Shown in pieces: positions 9,356 to 11,288 of a stretch of DNA of 11,288 bases. Numbering within the stretch: the stretch's first letter is position 1; each line of letters opens with the position of its first letter. The notes under the pieces are model-generated. The model was not told where the DNA came from. It ran no database searches and worked only from the letters and a program-made list of their open reading frames with translations. Source of the DNA: Azolla caroliniana (lineage: Eukaryota > Plantae > Polypodiophyta). The stretch spans positions 1 through 11,288 of the forward strand of contig JBHGNT010001171.1 in the NCBI GenBank assembly GCA_043228905.1. The letters run 5' to 3'. The position numbers and the translations under genes were made by a program.

Positions 9356-10309
9356 GGGCACAGAGATGGGATGATGTTCATCCTCGACACCAATGACGTC
9401 GGCACCGCTTTGTTCGCCAAAGGACAAAAGATTGAATCGGACATCGATCTCTAGCACAATCGGATCGACCACGTCAATTACCAGAGGCTTCAAGACCTAC
9501 AAACGAAACAAGTAGTTTTCAGTTTGCCGAAGTTCAGTGGCCGGAAGGCCCAAGTATGTGAAGCTTGCCAACTCGGGAAGCAACACCGGCTTCCATTCCC
9601 CACCGAACGAAACCGTAGCCGTAACAAGCTCGACCTTATTCATTCGGATGTATGGGGACCGGCACAAAACGTGACTCTTGGCGGGAGTTGATACTTCGTC
9701 TCCTTCATTGACGACTATAGCCGACACACATGGATCTACCTCATTGAGCAGAAGAGCGAAGTCTTCGACTGTTTCCGGAACCTCCAAAGCATGGTGGAAC
9801 GGGAATCAGAGAGGAAGATCAAGTGCATGTGGTCAGATGGCGGAAAAGAATATTTTTCCGGCCAATTCAACAGTTATCTGCAACAAACAGGAATTCGGAG
9901 AGAGTTCAGCTGCAGATACACACTGGAGCAAAATGGTGTGGCCGAAAGGAAGAACCGGTCGCTTGTCAACGCGGCAAGGGCAATGCTGGAAGAGAAGAGC
10001 ATGCCCCATTTCTACTAGGCAAAGGCGGTCAGGACGACCGTCTACCTCCAAAACCGGATCGGTGACAAGGTGTCCGCGCATGAGCTATATTTCGGGCGCA
10101 AGCCGAATTTGAGACGCCTTCGGATTTTTGGCAGCATAGCATATGTGCATGTGCCGGATAAGAAGCGGAGGAAGCTGGATGCAAAATCGGAGAAGTGCAT
10201 CCTCGTCGGCTACTCACATGAGCAAAAGGGGTATAAGTGTTATAACCCACGGACGAAGCAGGTCCGAGTTAGCCGCGATGTTGAGTTTGATGAGACGACA
10301 TCATGGTAT
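9356..10309 (+). pseudogene. pol: pol: integrase (GAG-pre-integrase/HHCC zinc finger, rve core, GKGY-type C-terminal region), disrupted
   Basis: Frame 2 has H9455/H9470 and CEAC (9557-9568), IHSDVWGP (D 9647), FIDDYSR, SDGGKEY (D 9836) and QNGVAERKNR (E 9944, exactly D-35-E). It continues [31 protein letters not shown] and VSRDVEFDE. Stops at 9452, 9689 and 10016. Confidence 0.96.
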
Positions 10310-10801
10310 GCCTTACCGGCTTCGACTTCCCACCCCGACCCGATATCGGAGGATGAGGCTAGTGAGCCTGAACCGGTCCAGATAGAAGATGATGAATCCG
10401 GGACTCAAGAAGAGAGTCCGGAATCGTTTCGGTTGAGTGGGCCGAATGAGAGACTGGGTCAATCCGACCAGTTAGAAGACGAACCGGCGAGTAGTGAAGA
10501 CTCTGTCGTGCTCTCTCCGCGCAAGGAACCGAGGAGACGGTTTACGCGCAAAGAGAAGGGGAAGAAGAAGATGCCAGATTATGAAACCGGTAATGATGAG
10601 TTGGATCAGAGCGGATCCGACTCCGGAAAGGAAAATGATGGCTCTTCGGTACCGAAGACCGAACTGGCCAAGAAGGGCCTCAAACCGGGTAATGGTGGGT
10701 TACGCCGGTCAACCCGCCAGAAGGAACCTGTTAAGCGGTACGGGTACAATGAGTACATGGCACATCACTATGCGTACATGACCAAGGTGGCGGAAGTGTG
10801 T

Positions 10802-11288
10802 GAGCCGGAGAGCTACGCAGAAGCGGCAAGGGATGCAAATTGGCGTGCCTCTATGGAGCAAGAGATGCGGGCACTTGATGCCAACGATACATGGGACCTG
10901 GTTGACCCTCCCCATCACAGTAAACCGATAGGATGCAAGTGGGTGTACAAGGTAAAGTACAACGTCGACGGTTCAGTTAACCGGTACAAGGCCCGATTAG
11001 TGGCAAAGGGATATGCGCAGACCCACGGAATCGACTACGACGAGACCTTCGCTCTGGTAGCGAAGATGACGACGGTTCGTGTGGTGTTGGCGGTTGCTGC
11101 GGCAAGGGAGTGGACTCTTCACCAGATGGACGTGAAGAATGCATTTCTTCAAGGTGATCTAAAAGAAGAGGTCTTTCTGACCCAACCTCCCGGTTTTCAG
11201 TCGGAGATGAACAAGTCGGCTGTATGCCGGCTGAAGAAGTCACTTTATGGCCTGAAGCAAGCCCCCTGAGCTTGGAATGCAAAGATTA
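10802..11288 (+). pseudogene. pol: pol: reverse transcriptase (RVT_2 type), N-terminal half, disrupted and cut by window end
   Basis: EPESYAEA..W...[74 protein letters not shown] (TGA 11267-11269). The YVDD motif lies beyond the window. Confidence 0.96.

Larger units (their letters stand above)
7858..11288 (+). mobile_element. Ty1/copia LTR retrotransposon, decayed, truncated by the window end (rest of RT, RNase H, PPT and 3' LTR not in window)
   Basis: The order LTR - PBS (TGGTATCAGAGC) - gag - protease (WYFDFGASNHMT) - integrase (HHCC, D,D-35-E, QKGY) - RT ([25 protein letters not shown]) is seen directly. Integrase upstream of RT is the defining copia order. The region is visibly more GC/CpG-rich than the flank. 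Confidence 0.97.

Noticed and set aside
10729-10738. TGTTAAGCGG identical to the first 10 nt of the LTR (also TGTTAAGC at 8198-8205)
   Set aside because: The match does not extend, it lies within the open pol frame and no PPT precedes it, so it is not a 3' LTR start. Probably coincidence.
8428-11282. Antisense and alternate-frame ORFs overlapping gag-pol (e.g. 8733-9077 -, 9678-10112 +, 10977-11282 -)
   Set aside because: These are shadow ORFs of a GC-richer coding region with no independent motifs.

Overview
This is eukaryotic DNA, most likely from a land plant, with two very different parts. Bases 1-7650 are AT-rich and apparently non-coding. They hold a microsatellite cluster (4453-5067) and a few small palindromes, and none of the listed ORFs there resembles a real protein. 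From about 7858 to the window end lies a + strand Ty1/copia LTR retrotransposon. It comprises a 5' LTR (~7858-8269), a tRNA-iMet primer-binding site (8270-8281), gag, protease, integrase and the first half of reverse transcriptase, and it is cut off by the window edge. The copy is dead. It carries six in-frame stops, all explicable as C>T/G>A transitions, plus a frameshifting deletion that appears to have removed the gag zinc knuckle. It seems to have inserted into an older, oppositely oriented LTR (7657-7857). I found no convincing evidence of a new biological system. The most interesting points concern the element's structure, nesting and mode of decay.
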